Assembly: GCA_013288325.1 (NCBI GenBank)
Contig: JABDCB010000008.1
Span: forward strand, 1,620 to 65,619
Source: Bacteroidota bacterium
GTDB taxonomy: Bacteria; Bacteroidota; Bacteroidia; Palsa-965
Length of the DNA stretch: 64,000 nt
Reading direction: 5' to 3'
Numbering within the stretch: the stretch's first letter is position 1; every line of letters begins with the position of its first letter. Shown piece by piece: positions 29,588 to 39,725 of the stretch. The notes beneath the pieces were generated by a model. It did no database searches, was not told the origin of the DNA, and saw nothing but the letters and a program-made list of their open reading frames with translations. Made by a program: the position numbers and the translations under genes.

Positions 29588-30355
29588 TTACAGTTCCGGG
29601 GTGCTGTACCGGATTTCTTTCAGATCCATGTTTTGTTCGGTTCCGTTTTCCATTTTTAACCGAAGCAGACCCATATCGGTTACCCCTTCTATACAAGCCC
29701 TGAAGGGCTCTGCTCCTTTGTAAAACACATGCCATTGCCCCAGGCGATATAACAAAGAATGGTACTCATCCTGAATCTCTTGTTTTTTGCCTGTTCTGAG
29801 TTGGAGATAACGTCTTTCCAGACACTCATAAAGGGAGTCTTCTATGGTACGCAATACATATTCGGTTCCGGTAATATTTTTCAGTGAGCATGCCAGGGGT
29901 GCCGATTCAAATTTGTCCTGATTTACATTCAATCCGATTCCGATTACAGAAGCAGCAAGATCGTTCCCTCTCCAGCTGTTTTCAATCAGGATTCCGGCCA
30001 CTTTCCTGTTGCCGGCATAGATATCATTGGGCCATTTGATCTTTATTTCGTCCGGGGTGATGCCGGGTAATGCTTTTAAAAGATCCGCAATGGCCAATGC
30101 GCTGATACGGGAAAGGAAGAACTGATCCGAGGCCGGTAAAAAAACCGGCAACAGGATAATGCTGATGGTAAGGTTTTTTCCGGGCTCCGCTTCCCAGGAA
30201 GCACCACGCTGTCCTTTGCCTTTTGTCTGATTCCTGACCACAATACTGGCTCCTTCCTTAACCATCTGGTTACGGAGCAGTTCCTGAGCATACTGATTGG
30301 TTGAATTCAGCTCCTCCAGCTCAAATCGTTGCCTGCCTATAAATAAAGTTTCCAT
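29588..30355 (-). CDS. birA: Biotin--[acetyl-CoA-carboxylase] ligase (group I, no HTH)
   Basis: KGKGQRGASWEAEPG biotinyl-AMP loop, KWPNDIY, and 255 aa. Confidence 0.85.
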   Translation of the reverse strand: METLFIGRQRFELEELNSTNQYAQELLRNQMVKEGASIVVRNQTKGKGQRGASWEAEPGKNLTISIILLPVFLPASDQFFLSRISALAIADLLKALPGITPDEIKIKWPNDIYAGNRKVAGILIENSWRGNDLAASVIGIGLNVNQDKFESAPLACSLKNITGTEYVLRTIEDSLYECLERRYLQLRTGKKQEIQDEYHSLLYRLGQWHVFYKGAEPFRACIEGVTDMGLLRLKMENGTEQNMDLKEIRYSTPEL

Positions 30356-30379
30356 CTTCGGGGGTAGCCAATAAATGCT

Positions 30380-30387
30380 TAATTTTG
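30380..30387 (+). promoter_or_regulatory. Candidate Bacteroidota -7 box (TAnnTTTG) for rsfS-ftsH
   Basis: TAATTTTG lies 64 nt upstream of the rsfS ATG, in the divergent birA/rsfS spacer. Confidence 0.3.
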
Positions 30388-30450
30388 CATAAACTTAATC
30401 AAGATTAACCAATTTAGAATCAGGCCCTCCGGAAGGCATCAGTAAACGGA

Positions 30451-31053
30451 ATGGTAAAAACAAACAAAAAAACAGGTGTGGTTAAGACTGCACCTAAGAA
30501 AAAAGTTTCCTCTGCTACAGAAAAAGCACCTAAAAAAGCAGGTGTTGTAAAGGCCGCTTCCAAGAAAAAAGCAGCTCCTGCTGCTAAAACAGCTAAAAAG
30601 GTGAGTAAGCGCTCAGCTCCGATAAAGACTCTAAAGGTCAAGGCTGTAGCTAAGAAAAAAATCGCCTCCCCTTCCGCTGGTCCGGTAGTAAAAAGCCAGT
30701 CCGATCTGATAGCAGAAGCAGCCATCCATGGAATATTGGAGAAGAAAGGCAAAAATATAACCTGCATGAACCTTCAAAAGGTAGGTAATGCGGTATGTGA
30801 CTATTTCATTATTTGTGAAGCGGAATCTACCCGTCAGGTAGCTGCTATTGCGGATTCAGTTGATGCTGAAGTGAAAAAAGCCACAGGCGAAAACCCGTAT
30901 CATACCGAAGGCTGGGAAAATTCACTGTGGGTATTGCTTGATTATGTCAATGTGGTGGTTCATGTATTTGAAACCGAAACCCGTCATTTCTATCGTCTCG
31001 AATCGCTTTGGGCCGATGCAGAAGTAAAAGAATACGGGGTGGAATATGCATAA
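30451..31053 (+). CDS. rsfS: Ribosome silencing factor RsfS with an ~85-aa Lys/Ala-rich N-terminal extension
   Basis: The C-terminal ~115 aa (LIAEAAIHGILEKKGKNITCMNL...DYFIICEAESTRQVAAIADSV...WVLLDYVNVVVHVF) is RsfS/Iojap-like. The N-terminus consists of KKAAPAAKTAKK-type repeats. Confidence 0.8.
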   Translation: MVKTNKKTGVVKTAPKKKVSSATEKAPKKAGVVKAASKKKAAPAAKTAKKVSKRSAPIKTLKVKAVAKKKIASPSAGPVVKSQSDLIAEAAIHGILEKKGKNITCMNLQKVGNAVCDYFIICEAESTRQVAAIADSVDAEVKKATGENPYHTEGWENSLWVLLDYVNVVVHVFETETRHFYRLESLWADAEVKEYGVEYA

Positions 31054-31183
31054 TGCCGCTTTTTTTAAAATATATTTCAAATACAAACGTCAACGTAGAT
31101 AGTATTAGCAAGAATACGGTTCTGTCCAATCAACAGGACAGAGTCTAAAATAAAGCAGCATTCACCTATTCCAATCTGAATTC

Positions 31184-33316
31184 ATGTCAGAGAATCAGTC
31201 AAATAAGCAAGCGGAAGACAAAAAGCAGTTTGAAAAAATGAAGGATCGTCTTTCCAAAAAACCGGCTCCCAAAAGTCCATTCAATTACTATTGGATCTAT
31301 ATCATCGTGGTTATCACTTTGATTGCCATGTTCTTCCCAAGTAATTGGGGCAGCCGCCTGGAAACCATCAACTGGGCTGAGTTTAACAAGAACATGTTGC
31401 AAAAACATCATGTAAGAGAAATCGTTATCGTAAATGATAAGGCCGTACAGGTTTCCGTTTATCCCGATAGTATCAAGAGTAATATGTCTTATTACTCTCA
31501 GTATCAAGGCATCAAAAGCAACCCGAAACGGGAAGGCCCTCAGTTCAGCTTGGGTGACCTGGAGAAAAACAATTTCAACAGTTTACTGACTGCAGCCGAA
31601 AAAGATTTTACGGATCTGCAAAAACCTCCGGTGAGGACCGAAACGCAGACAAACTGGATTGATTTTTCCTGGTTATTGCCGATTGCCCTGATGGTGATCC
31701 TTTGGATCTTTCTCATGAGAAGAATGGGCGGCGGAGCAGGCGGACAGATTTTCAATATTGGAAAATCAAGAGCTCAGCTGTTTGACAAAGACACCCATGT
31801 CAATATCACATTTAATGATGTGGCTGGTCTGGAAGGCGCTAAAATGGAAATCAAGGAAATTGTGGATTTCCTGAAGAGTCCTAAAAAATATACCGATCTG
31901 GGAGCAAAAATACCTAAAGGTGCGTTGCTGGTAGGTCCTCCGGGAACCGGTAAAACCCTTCTTGCCAAAGCGGTGGCTGGTGAAGCCAAAGTACCTTTCT
32001 TCTCTCTTTCCGGTTCCGACTTTGTGGAGATGTTTGTAGGGGTAGGTGCTTCCCGTGTACGCGATCTTTTCAGACAGGCAAAAGAAAAAGCTCCTTGTAT
32101 TATTTTCATCGACGAGATTGATGCGATTGGACGTGCCCGTGGAAGAAGTGTTTCCCAGGGTTCTAATGATGAACGTGAAAACACCTTGAATCAGCTCCTT
32201 ACCGAGATGGATGGATTTGGTACCAATAGCGGTGTTATTATCCTGGCAGCTACCAACCGGGCCGATATTCTGGACAGAGCATTGCTTCGTGCAGGTCGTT
32301 TCGACCGGCAGATTTATGTAGATCTGCCCGATCTGAACGAACGTAAAGACATTTTCAAAGTACACCTTCGTCCCCTTAAACTGGATGCAACGGTTGACAT
32401 TGATTTCCTTGCCAAACAAACACCCGGATTCAGCGGAGCAGATATTGCCAATATCTGTAACGAGGCAGCACTTATTGCGGCCCGTAAGGAGCAAAAAGTG
32501 GTGGCGCGTCAGGACTTTCTGGATGCAGTGGATCGTATCATTGGTGGACTGGAAAAGAAAAACAAAATTGTTTCTGCTGCCGAAAAACGTGTTATCGCTT
32601 TTCACGAAGCAGGACATGCTACGGTAAGTTGGCTGCTTGAACATGCTTCTCCCCTTGTTAAAGTAACCATTGTGCCACGTGGACGTTCACTGGGTGCTGC
32701 CTGGTATCTGCCGGAAGAGAGGCAGATCACTACCACCGAGCAGCTGATGGATGAAATTTGTGCAGCCCTTGGAGGACGGGCAGCAGAAGAAATAACATTC
32801 GGGAAAATATCCACCGGAGCCCTTAGCGATCTGGAAAAGATTACCAAACAGGCTTATGCCATGATTGTTTATTATGGTCTGAATGATAAAATCGGAAACG
32901 TCAGTTTCTATGACTCATCGGGACAAAATGAATATGCTTTCAACCGTCCTTACAGTGAGAAAACAGCCGAGCTCATAGACAATGAGGTGAAAAAGCTGAT
33001 TGAGAATGCTTATATCAAGACCAAGGAGCTTCTGATGCAGAATAAAGATAAGCTGGTGAAGCTTGCCGAGAAACTGCTTGAAAAAGAAGTGATCTTTAAA
33101 GAAGACTTGCTGGATATCTTCGGCAAACGTCCTTTTGATCCGGAAGAAAAACCGGAACCGGAGAAAACGCCTGTATTGAATGGCAGTGCTGATGCGGAAA
33201 AAACAGTGGTAAAAAAGGAAGAGAATAAAGACTCTGCTCCTATTGTTCCTGTTGATGAACCGGCCAAAGTAGCTCCTGAAGAAAAGAATGATACAAACGA
33301 TTTAAAGCTTTTCTGA
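31184..33316 (+). CDS. ftsH: ATP-dependent zinc metalloprotease FtsH
   Basis: Two TM segments, AAA+ Walker A GPPGTGKT, the SRH region, and the HEAGHA zinc site. 710 aa. Confidence 0.97.
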   Translation: MSENQSNKQAEDKKQFEKMKDRLSKKPAPKSPFNYYWIYIIVVITLIAMFFPSNWGSRLETINWAEFNKNMLQKHHVREIVIVNDKAVQVSVYPDSIKSNMSYYSQYQGIKSNPKREGPQFSLGDLEKNNFNSLLTAAEKDFTDLQKPPVRTETQTNWIDFSWLLPIALMVILWIFLMRRMGGGAGGQIFNIGKSRAQLFDKDTHVNITFNDVAGLEGAKMEIKEIVDFLKSPKKYTDLGAKIPKGALLVGPPGTGKTLLAKAVAGEAKVPFFSLSGSDFVEMFVGVGASRVRDLFRQAKEKAPCIIFIDEIDAIGRARGRSVSQGSNDERENTLNQLLTEMDGFGTNSGVIILAATNRADILDRALLRAGRFDRQIYVDLPDLNERKDIFKVHLRPLKLDATVDIDFLAKQTPGFSGADIANICNEAALIAARKEQKVVARQDFLDAVDRIIGGLEKKNKIVSAAEKRVIAFHEAGHATVSWLLEHASPLVKVTIVPRGRSLGAAWYLPEERQITTTEQLMDEICAALGGRAAEEITFGKISTGALSDLEKITKQAYAMIVYYGLNDKIGNVSFYDSSGQNEYAFNRPYSEKTAELIDNEVKKLIENAYIKTKELLMQNKDKLVKLAEKLLEKEVIFKEDLLDIFGKRPFDPEEKPEPEKTPVLNGSADAEKTVVKKEENKDSAPIVPVDEPAKVAPEEKNDTNDLKLF

Positions 33317-33321
33317 AGTGT

Positions 33322-33975
33322 ATGGAGGACAGCACCACATCCAGGGAAAAAATTCTTAAGAAAGTAAGAAAAGCGCTTATCTCTACCGGGAAGGAAGAGA
33401 TTGCAGGCAATATAGACCTGGACAGTCCCATTTATGAAACACCTAATGAGCCGCTGGAAATTATGTTTGCCCAGCAGTTCACCCAGCTCAATGGCAAATT
33501 TATTTTCTGTGAACATGAAGCCGATTTTGTCGCCAATCTCCAGGCGTTGATTACCGAAAACAAATGGGACCAGGTATATGCCATTGACCCCAAGATTACA
33601 GATATGTTGAAAAAAGGGGCTGTTCCCTTTTCCGACAAGCCTCAGGATCTCCCCCTTACTAATGCAGGTTTAACAGGATGCGAATACCTGGTGGCGCGCT
33701 TAGGAACCATTATGGTAAGTTCCCGTCAGGGTTCCGGACGTCGTATGCTGGTATTACCCAATTACCATATTGTAGTTGCCTATACGTCGCAACTTGTGCT
33801 ACATCTCAAAGATGCCTTCAAAGGGATACGTGATAAATACGGAGCCCAGCCTCCATCTCTTATTTCAGCTATTTCAGGTCCCAGCCGTACAGCCGATATT
33901 GAAAAAACGCTTGTTCAGGGCGCTCACGGACCCAAGGAAATATATGTGATGCTGATTGACGATCACGTACATTAA
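33322..33975 (+). CDS. LUD domain protein (LutC/YkgG family)
   Basis: The C-terminal ISGPSRTADIEKTLVQGAHGPKEIYVMLID block is typical of LUD domains. Confidence 0.8.
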   Translation: MEDSTTSREKILKKVRKALISTGKEEIAGNIDLDSPIYETPNEPLEIMFAQQFTQLNGKFIFCEHEADFVANLQALITENKWDQVYAIDPKITDMLKKGAVPFSDKPQDLPLTNAGLTGCEYLVARLGTIMVSSRQGSGRRMLVLPNYHIVVAYTSQLVLHLKDAFKGIRDKYGAQPPSLISAISGPSRTADIEKTLVQGAHGPKEIYVMLIDDHVH

Positions 33976-34005
33976 ACTTCTTCTATTTTATTTACATTTG
34001 TAAAC

Positions 34006-34830
34006 ATGCTTACCCGCGCCATTACCGGAGCTGTATTTCTCCTTGTCATGATCAGTTCTATCGTGTTTCACCAGCTGAGTTTTGCGGCTGTGTTTCTCGT
34101 TATTATGGTGGTCGGTCTGCATGAATTCTATACCCTGCTTGAAAAAAACGGTTATTTCCCGCAAAAATGGATCGGTATCCTCATCGGCAGTCTTACATTT
34201 ATTGTTCTCTTTTTCAATAATGCCTACGACTACCGCATCACCGGCTTTATACTCCCCATCTATCTTCCGGCCTTTTTCATGATTTTTCTGGCCGAGCTAT
34301 TCCGCAATAAGGAACAGGCCTTTTCCAATATAGCCCTTACTTTTCTGGGCATCTTTTATATCTCCGTCCCCCTTAGTCTGTGGAACCTTGTATCGGTTCA
34401 TTACGGCTCTCCGGTGCCCGGCCAAAGCTATAACTGGCATTATCTGCTGGGGTATTTCTTTATGGTCTGGAGTGTGGATACAGGCGGTTATGTGACTGGC
34501 AAACTGTTCGGAAAACATAAACTGTTTGAGCGTCTTTCGCCTAAAAAAACATGGGAAGGCTTTGCCGGCAGTTTGCTGGTAAGTCTGGGTACAGCTTTTG
34601 CCACGGCTCATTATTATACGGAATTAAGTCTTGGACAATGGATCATCGTAGCCCTGCTTACCACTGTTTTAGGGTCATTGGGCGATCTGGTGGAATCGAT
34701 GTTCAAAAGAAGCATACATATCAAGGACTCGGGAGCTATTCTTCCGGGCCATGGAGGCATCCTGGATCGTTTTGACGGTGTTTTTATCTCCTCCCCTTTT
34801 GTCGTCGCCTACATTCTTCTGATCCGTTAA
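34006..34830 (+). CDS. cdsA: Phosphatidate cytidylyltransferase
   Basis: Polytopic protein with the signature SMFKRSIHIKDSGAILPGHGGILDRFD. Confidence 0.9.
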   Translation: MLTRAITGAVFLLVMISSIVFHQLSFAAVFLVIMVVGLHEFYTLLEKNGYFPQKWIGILIGSLTFIVLFFNNAYDYRITGFILPIYLPAFFMIFLAELFRNKEQAFSNIALTFLGIFYISVPLSLWNLVSVHYGSPVPGQSYNWHYLLGYFFMVWSVDTGGYVTGKLFGKHKLFERLSPKKTWEGFAGSLLVSLGTAFATAHYYTELSLGQWIIVALLTTVLGSLGDLVESMFKRSIHIKDSGAILPGHGGILDRFDGVFISSPFVVAYILLIR

Positions 34831-34964
34831 AGCGCTTCATTCATCTATGTTATAGGGGACTAGACGCATCAAAACCCATATTCATCTATTAATGTTATTT
34901 TAAGATTGTGATAAGATAGATTTTTTATAATTTCGTCCATTCTTTTTAACATAATCCTATCGAT

Positions 34965-36257
34965 ATGTCAGCTGAAACCAAGCCAGTTACACCGAAGAAA
35001 GACAACACTCCAATTCATGCCAGTATGTTTGACGCCGTTCTGGCCCGGCTCGATGTAGCAGCGAAACTGCTTGGATTATCAGAAGATATTGCGGAAATCC
35101 TCCGCCACCCTCAAAAAGAAGTAAAAGTGAGCCTTCCTATTGTCATGGACAGTGGAAAAATTCAGGTTTTTGAAGGCTACCGTACCGTACATTCCACAGC
35201 CATCGGGCCCTCTAAAGGAGGTATCCGTTATGCCATGGATGTAAATGATGATGAAGTTCGTGCCCTGTCAGCGTGGATGACTTTTAAATGCGCTATCGCT
35301 AACCTTCCTTATGGAGGAGCCAAAGGCGGTATCAAATGTGATCCGCGTAAAATGAGCGTTGGAGAACTGGAACGCCTTACCAAAGCATATACTACTGCCC
35401 TTGTTGATATTTTCGGGGTTAATAAAGATATTCCGGCTCCCGACATGGGAACAGGTAAACGCGAAATGGCCTGGTTGCTGAGCACATACAGCAGCATCGT
35501 AGGCGAGCATACACCAGGTGTTGTAACCGGCAAACCGATTACCCTGGGAGGTTCACGCGGAAGAGAAGCTGCTACAGGTCGCGGTGTCATGGTAGCTACA
35601 CTTGAAGCCATGAAAAAGACCGGCATGGACAAGAAAACAGCTACTGCTGCCGTACAAGGTTTTGGTAATGTAGGATCACATGCAGTACGTCTGTTGCACT
35701 CCAAAGGAATCAAGATTCTTGCTATTTCCGATCATACGGCTGCTTTCTGGAACGAAAAAGGAATTGATGTACAAGCGGCCATTAAATATGCCGAATCAAA
35801 CAAAGGTGTGCTGAAAGGCTTTACCGGCGGTACAGAAATATCCAATGATCAGCTCCTTACTTCCAAAGTGGATGTATTGGTGCCTGCAGCCATTCAAAAT
35901 GTGATTACCGAAGAAGTGGCTTCGCGTATACAAGCCAAGATTATTGTAGAAGGTGCCAACGGTCCTACTACAGCCGAAGCCGATCATATCCTGAACGAAA
36001 AGAAAATTCTGGTTGTTCCCGATGTATTGGCCAATGGAGGCGGTGTTACCGTTTCTTATCTGGAGTGGGTACAAAACAAAAGCGGTTTATACTGGTCCGA
36101 AGAAGAAGTGAATACCAAGGCCGATATCTCCATGGGCAACGCCTTCGAAGGTGTTTGGTACAATGCTCAGCAATATAAAACATCGATGCGTCTGGGGGCT
36201 TATATTACCGCCCTTAAGAAACTGGATAAGGCGATCAAGTACAAGGGAGCTTATTAA
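34965..36257 (+). CDS. gdhA: Glutamate dehydrogenase (Glu/Leu/Phe/Val dehydrogenase family)
   Basis: PYGGAKGGIKCDP catalytic Lys loop, VQGFGNVG dinucleotide fold, and 430 aa. Confidence 0.93.
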   Translation: MSAETKPVTPKKDNTPIHASMFDAVLARLDVAAKLLGLSEDIAEILRHPQKEVKVSLPIVMDSGKIQVFEGYRTVHSTAIGPSKGGIRYAMDVNDDEVRALSAWMTFKCAIANLPYGGAKGGIKCDPRKMSVGELERLTKAYTTALVDIFGVNKDIPAPDMGTGKREMAWLLSTYSSIVGEHTPGVVTGKPITLGGSRGREAATGRGVMVATLEAMKKTGMDKKTATAAVQGFGNVGSHAVRLLHSKGIKILAISDHTAAFWNEKGIDVQAAIKYAESNKGVLKGFTGGTEISNDQLLTSKVDVLVPAAIQNVITEEVASRIQAKIIVEGANGPTTAEADHILNEKKILVVPDVLANGGGVTVSYLEWVQNKSGLYWSEEEVNTKADISMGNAFEGVWYNAQQYKTSMRLGAYITALKKLDKAIKYKGAY

Positions 36258-36289
36258 GAAGTCAGAAGTCAGAAGAGGATATAACTAAA

Positions 36290-36352
36290 AAGAATCCAGT
36301 AATTAATAGAGGATATTACTCTATTAACTGCTGGATTCTTACTTTCTTCTGA
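36290..36352. repeat. 63-bp hairpin module, copy A (also a bidirectional terminator for gdh and the T9SS cargo gene)
   Basis: Identical to 38230-38292. It has a 21-bp imperfect stem, AGAATCCAGTAATTAATAGAG / CTCTATTAACTGCTGGATTCT, with a 7-nt loop. T-rich runs lie on both sides. Confidence 0.8.
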
Positions 36353-36365
36353 ATTCTGGCTTCTA

Positions 36366-38135
36366 TTATTTAATCAGATTAATCATCCCCTTCTGAGTCA
36401 CGACCTGCCCATTATCCAATACGGCAGTTAGATAATAAGCAAACACGGCAGGGTTCATCAATTGCCCCTGATAGGTTCCATCCCAGCATTTTTTCAGATC
36501 GAGCGATTCAAACACTTTTTCTCCCCATCGGTCATAAATCATAAAATCGAGGGTTCGGATACATCCTCCGTAAACGCATTCCATTTCGTTGTGTCCATCA
36601 TCATTAGGTGAAAAGGTGTTGGGGATATATATCTGGGGGCATTCGGTTGAAGGGAAGTCTGGGAGTGAGGGATGAGCCATCAGGGAGCAGTGTTCCCAGC
36701 TGGCAATAAATGGGCTCTCGGTATGACCGCCATTCGATAAACTGTCAGGACCAATACGTGTAGGATAGGCCACATCGCCGGAAAAGAATACCTCCCCGGA
36801 TTGTGGATCGACCGCTATTCCATTTATATCATCTCCGCCAGTAGCAATTCCCGAACCGCATAGGTAGTTACCTAGTGAATCAAACATAGCTACAAATGCA
36901 GGATCGTTTGATGCACTTGGTATATCAGGATATGCCCATAATGTATCCATACCAAATCTAGTGGCAGAGTTCCCATTATAATAACCAGAATTCGCTCCGG
37001 ATACATATATTCTTCGGTTTAAATCAATATCAATACTATTACCTGAAAATGAACAATAGGGTAATGAGTTGGATTGTTTTGCCCAAAGCACATTTCCGAA
37101 AGAATCATATTTAACCAGAAACAATTCATGATTGTTCATAGTGCTTGTCAGTAGGAAATGACCAAAATAGGTGGAATCGATAAATCCACCGGTAATACAA
37201 CAATTGCCTGATTGATCTACGGCGATGCCGCTTCCTTGCACACCCGTGGAAATTGAAGATGTAAAGGATTGCCTGACCCAAATTACGTTTCCAGAGGCAT
37301 CCAATTTCAAAAGGAATGCATTTTCAGCAATAGGTCCTCCAACTAATACTGACGAATCGATCTCAACAGTGTCCGCAAAGTTACCTATGGCATACCAGTT
37401 TCCCCGTGCATCTGAAGCAACATCAGCACTATAAATACTGGCCCATTGCTTTATTTTATGAAAAGCCTTCGCCCAGAGACAATGCCCCAGAATATCGTAT
37501 TCGGCAAAGAACACATTCTGAATTCCTTGTCCGACCAATTGTTGGCTACCAAAGTACACGGTATCATTAAAAACGCCCGTTATTAAAGTATTGCCAGTTG
37601 GGTCACAGGCCACGCCAGTTGCTGCTGCCGTTCCCCTAATACTTCCTGCAAAAGATTGTATAGCCCAAACTGGGGTCCCCCCTGGGTCATATTTAGCTAA
37701 AAAAGCCTGAGGATAATTGGGGTCAAACTCATTTAACGTATCATTTCCAAACCTTATGGAGGCTTGGAATTCTCCTGACATAAATATATTACCGAGGGGA
37801 TCTGTCGTAACTCCTAACCCATATCCAGATCCGGCCAGATTAACCGAACCTGATTGCCTAGCCCAAATAACATTACCAGCTCTATCGTATTTTACTAGGA
37901 ATGCCTCCCAAGCCGGACCAAACGTCATCGTTTTAAGTGTGTCTGTTCCGAAAACAATGGTCGAATCATAATATCCTGTGTAATAAACATTATTGGCTCC
38001 ATGTGTGGTCACAGTGCACCCTTCCCCATTTCCTGCGGCCATCCTCCCCCAATTCCAGCTCTGTGCAGAAATGGAAGCTACATCCCCCCCAAGCAACCAG
38101 ATTAAAGATATGATAAGCAGAAATCTATTTCCCAC
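36366..38135 (-). CDS. T9SS type-B sorting domain protein with SBBP beta-propeller repeats
   Basis: The C-terminal gliding-motility CTD reads PNTFSPNDDGHNE...IYDRWGEKVF...WDGTYQG. D(P/Q)xGNxxxxGxF repeats recur. The GTG at 38135 gives a clean signal peptide, MGNRFLLIISLIWLLGGDVASISAQ. Confidence 0.8.
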   Translation of the reverse strand: MGNRFLLIISLIWLLGGDVASISAQSWNWGRMAAGNGEGCTVTTHGANNVYYTGYYDSTIVFGTDTLKTMTFGPAWEAFLVKYDRAGNVIWARQSGSVNLAGSGYGLGVTTDPLGNIFMSGEFQASIRFGNDTLNEFDPNYPQAFLAKYDPGGTPVWAIQSFAGSIRGTAAATGVACDPTGNTLITGVFNDTVYFGSQQLVGQGIQNVFFAEYDILGHCLWAKAFHKIKQWASIYSADVASDARGNWYAIGNFADTVEIDSSVLVGGPIAENAFLLKLDASGNVIWVRQSFTSSISTGVQGSGIAVDQSGNCCITGGFIDSTYFGHFLLTSTMNNHELFLVKYDSFGNVLWAKQSNSLPYCSFSGNSIDIDLNRRIYVSGANSGYYNGNSATRFGMDTLWAYPDIPSASNDPAFVAMFDSLGNYLCGSGIATGGDDINGIAVDPQSGEVFFSGDVAYPTRIGPDSLSNGGHTESPFIASWEHCSLMAHPSLPDFPSTECPQIYIPNTFSPNDDGHNEMECVYGGCIRTLDFMIYDRWGEKVFESLDLKKCWDGTYQGQLMNPAVFAYYLTAVLDNGQVVTQKGMINLIK

Positions 38136-38229
38136 TGAAAAAGAGTTTTGTAGAATAATGGAGGGATGTGAGAAGGTAATACTTAATATAAATGTATGGT
38201 ATTTATTATGAAATGAAGTAGCCTGTAGC

Positions 38230-38292
38230 AAGAATCCAGTAATTAATAGAGGATATTACTCTATTAACTGCTGGATTCTTACTTTCTTCTGA
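38230..38292. repeat. 63-bp hairpin module, copy B, followed by TTCTGACTTCT arms
   Basis: Identical to 36290-36352. The next 12 nt match at 9/12. The arms TTCTGACTTCT (38287-38297) and TTCTGACTTCC (38301-38311) follow. Confidence 0.8.
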
Positions 38293-38457
38293 CTTCTCTC
38301 TTCTGACTTCCCTCTTCTGCCTCCTTTGTTATTAAATCATAAATCTTCTCCAAAATTTGTTATTCTTCCCAACCTTTTTCTATATTTAGAACAACAGCAT
38401 TGCTATAAAACCTGACAAAAAACAATCAATACAAACAACCAATAAAAACAACAAACG

Positions 38458-38979
38458 ATGACAACAACAACCAAACACTCGGCCCTGAAAATGGGATTGC
38501 TTAATGAGTTGAAACATGAAGCAGCTACTACCCGCAAAATTCTCGCTGCAGTACCAGCCGACAAAAAAGCCTGGAAACCACATGAGAAATCAATGGTTAT
38601 GGAAGGTCTTGCCAAGCATATTGCAGAACTGCCAACCTGGGTAGGTGTTACGCTGAAACAGGATGTACTTGATTTTGCCAATCCATATCCAAAAGCTCCT
38701 GAGTTTACCACTACCGAAGCTTTGCTGGCCCGTTTTGACCACAACGTTGCTGAAGCCACCAAAGATCTGGAATCCATCAATGAAGATGAATTTTTCAAAG
38801 ACTGGACTATGCGTCACGGAGAAAAGGTGTTTTTCACCATGCCAAAGATTGCCGTACTCCGCAATATGGTTTATAACCATACCGTGCACCACCGTGCTCA
38901 GCTGGGTGTTTATCTGCGTCTGTTGAATATTCCGGTGCCTAACTCGTATGGCCCAACAGCAGATTTTCCAACTATGTAA
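38458..38979 (+). CDS. DinB family protein
   Basis: 173 aa. It has the four-helix DinB-type pattern with conserved His residues (HIAELP..., NHTVHHRAQ). Confidence 0.8.
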   Translation: MTTTTKHSALKMGLLNELKHEAATTRKILAAVPADKKAWKPHEKSMVMEGLAKHIAELPTWVGVTLKQDVLDFANPYPKAPEFTTTEALLARFDHNVAEATKDLESINEDEFFKDWTMRHGEKVFFTMPKIAVLRNMVYNHTVHHRAQLGVYLRLLNIPVPNSYGPTADFPTM

Positions 38980-38987
38980 TATGTGAT

Positions 38988-39713
38988 TTATTTTTCTTTG
39001 ACTTCGGGGTGATAGTTAAGTACCCCACCCCATAAAGCCATCTGGTGTAAGATCCAGGCAGTCCTTACAGACACAAACCGATCGGGTTTGTTGGCATGAA
39101 AGATCCGCGGGTTGGGTAAAGTGGAAGCGATAGCAGCTGCTTCTACTTTATTCAACTTTGCGGCACTCTTTCCAAAATATTCTCTCGAAGCAGCTTCTGC
39201 ACCATATACTCCATTACCCATCTCTATCACATTCAGATAGACAGTCATAATCCGTTCTTTGGGCCAAAACAGCTCGATTAAGAATGTGAAATATACTTCC
39301 AGCCCTTTTCTAACCCAGCTCCTCCCCGTCCACAAAAACACATTCTTGGCTGTTTGCTGGCTTATGGTGCTTGCCCCTCGTTTGTGTTTATGGGTATCAT
39401 TATAATCCATGGCCTTATCAATGGCTTCAAAATCGAATCCGTGGTGTTTCAAAAAATTCTGATCTTCGGAACATACTACTGCCAGCTGTAAATCAGGACT
39501 TATTTTATCGAATGGCATCCAGCCTTTTTTCAGCTTCATGGGTTTATGATCCATCTTCTGTTCTGCACACCGGATCAGCATCAGTGGTGTAACAGGCACA
39601 GGAACCCATCGGAACAATATAACAGAAACAATACTGAGGATAAAAAAGCCGAGCGCCAGCTTCCAGCAAAAGCGCCACAGAGAAGAAAGAATATTTCGGG
39701 AAGGTGCTTTCAA
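38988..39713 (-). CDS. mtgA: Monofunctional biosynthetic peptidoglycan transglycosylase
   Basis: N-terminal TM segment. GT51 motifs EDQNFLKHHGFD, GASTISQQ and RKGLE are present. Confidence 0.9.
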   Translation of the reverse strand: MKAPSRNILSSLWRFCWKLALGFFILSIVSVILFRWVPVPVTPLMLIRCAEQKMDHKPMKLKKGWMPFDKISPDLQLAVVCSEDQNFLKHHGFDFEAIDKAMDYNDTHKHKRGASTISQQTAKNVFLWTGRSWVRKGLEVYFTFLIELFWPKERIMTVYLNVIEMGNGVYGAEAASREYFGKSAAKLNKVEAAAIASTLPNPRIFHANKPDRFVSVRTAWILHQMALWGGVLNYHPEVKEK

Positions 39714-39725
39714 TTCTTTAATTCA

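Noticed and set aside
30420-30767. A 115-aa minus-strand ORF opposite the 5' end of rsfS.
   Set aside because: It is the complement of the Lys/Ala-rich repeat (AAA/GCT-type codons give FFL/AAG-rich nonsense). It has no start context or motif. It is an artefact of low-complexity sequence.
31766-32644. A 292-aa ORF on the minus strand inside ftsH. Similar long antisense ORFs occur at 14680..15411, 46922..47644, 2735..3448, 48817..49344 and 53130..53759.
   Set aside because: Each lies fully inside, and antisense to, a gene with unmistakable family motifs. Their translations are low-complexity with no recognisable motifs. They are typical shadow ORFs.
38136-38231. TTG start at 38231 for the T9SS cargo gene.
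   Set aside because: It would begin inside repeat copy B and add 32 residues ahead of the signal peptide. The in-frame GTG at 38135 yields a canonical signal peptide directly.
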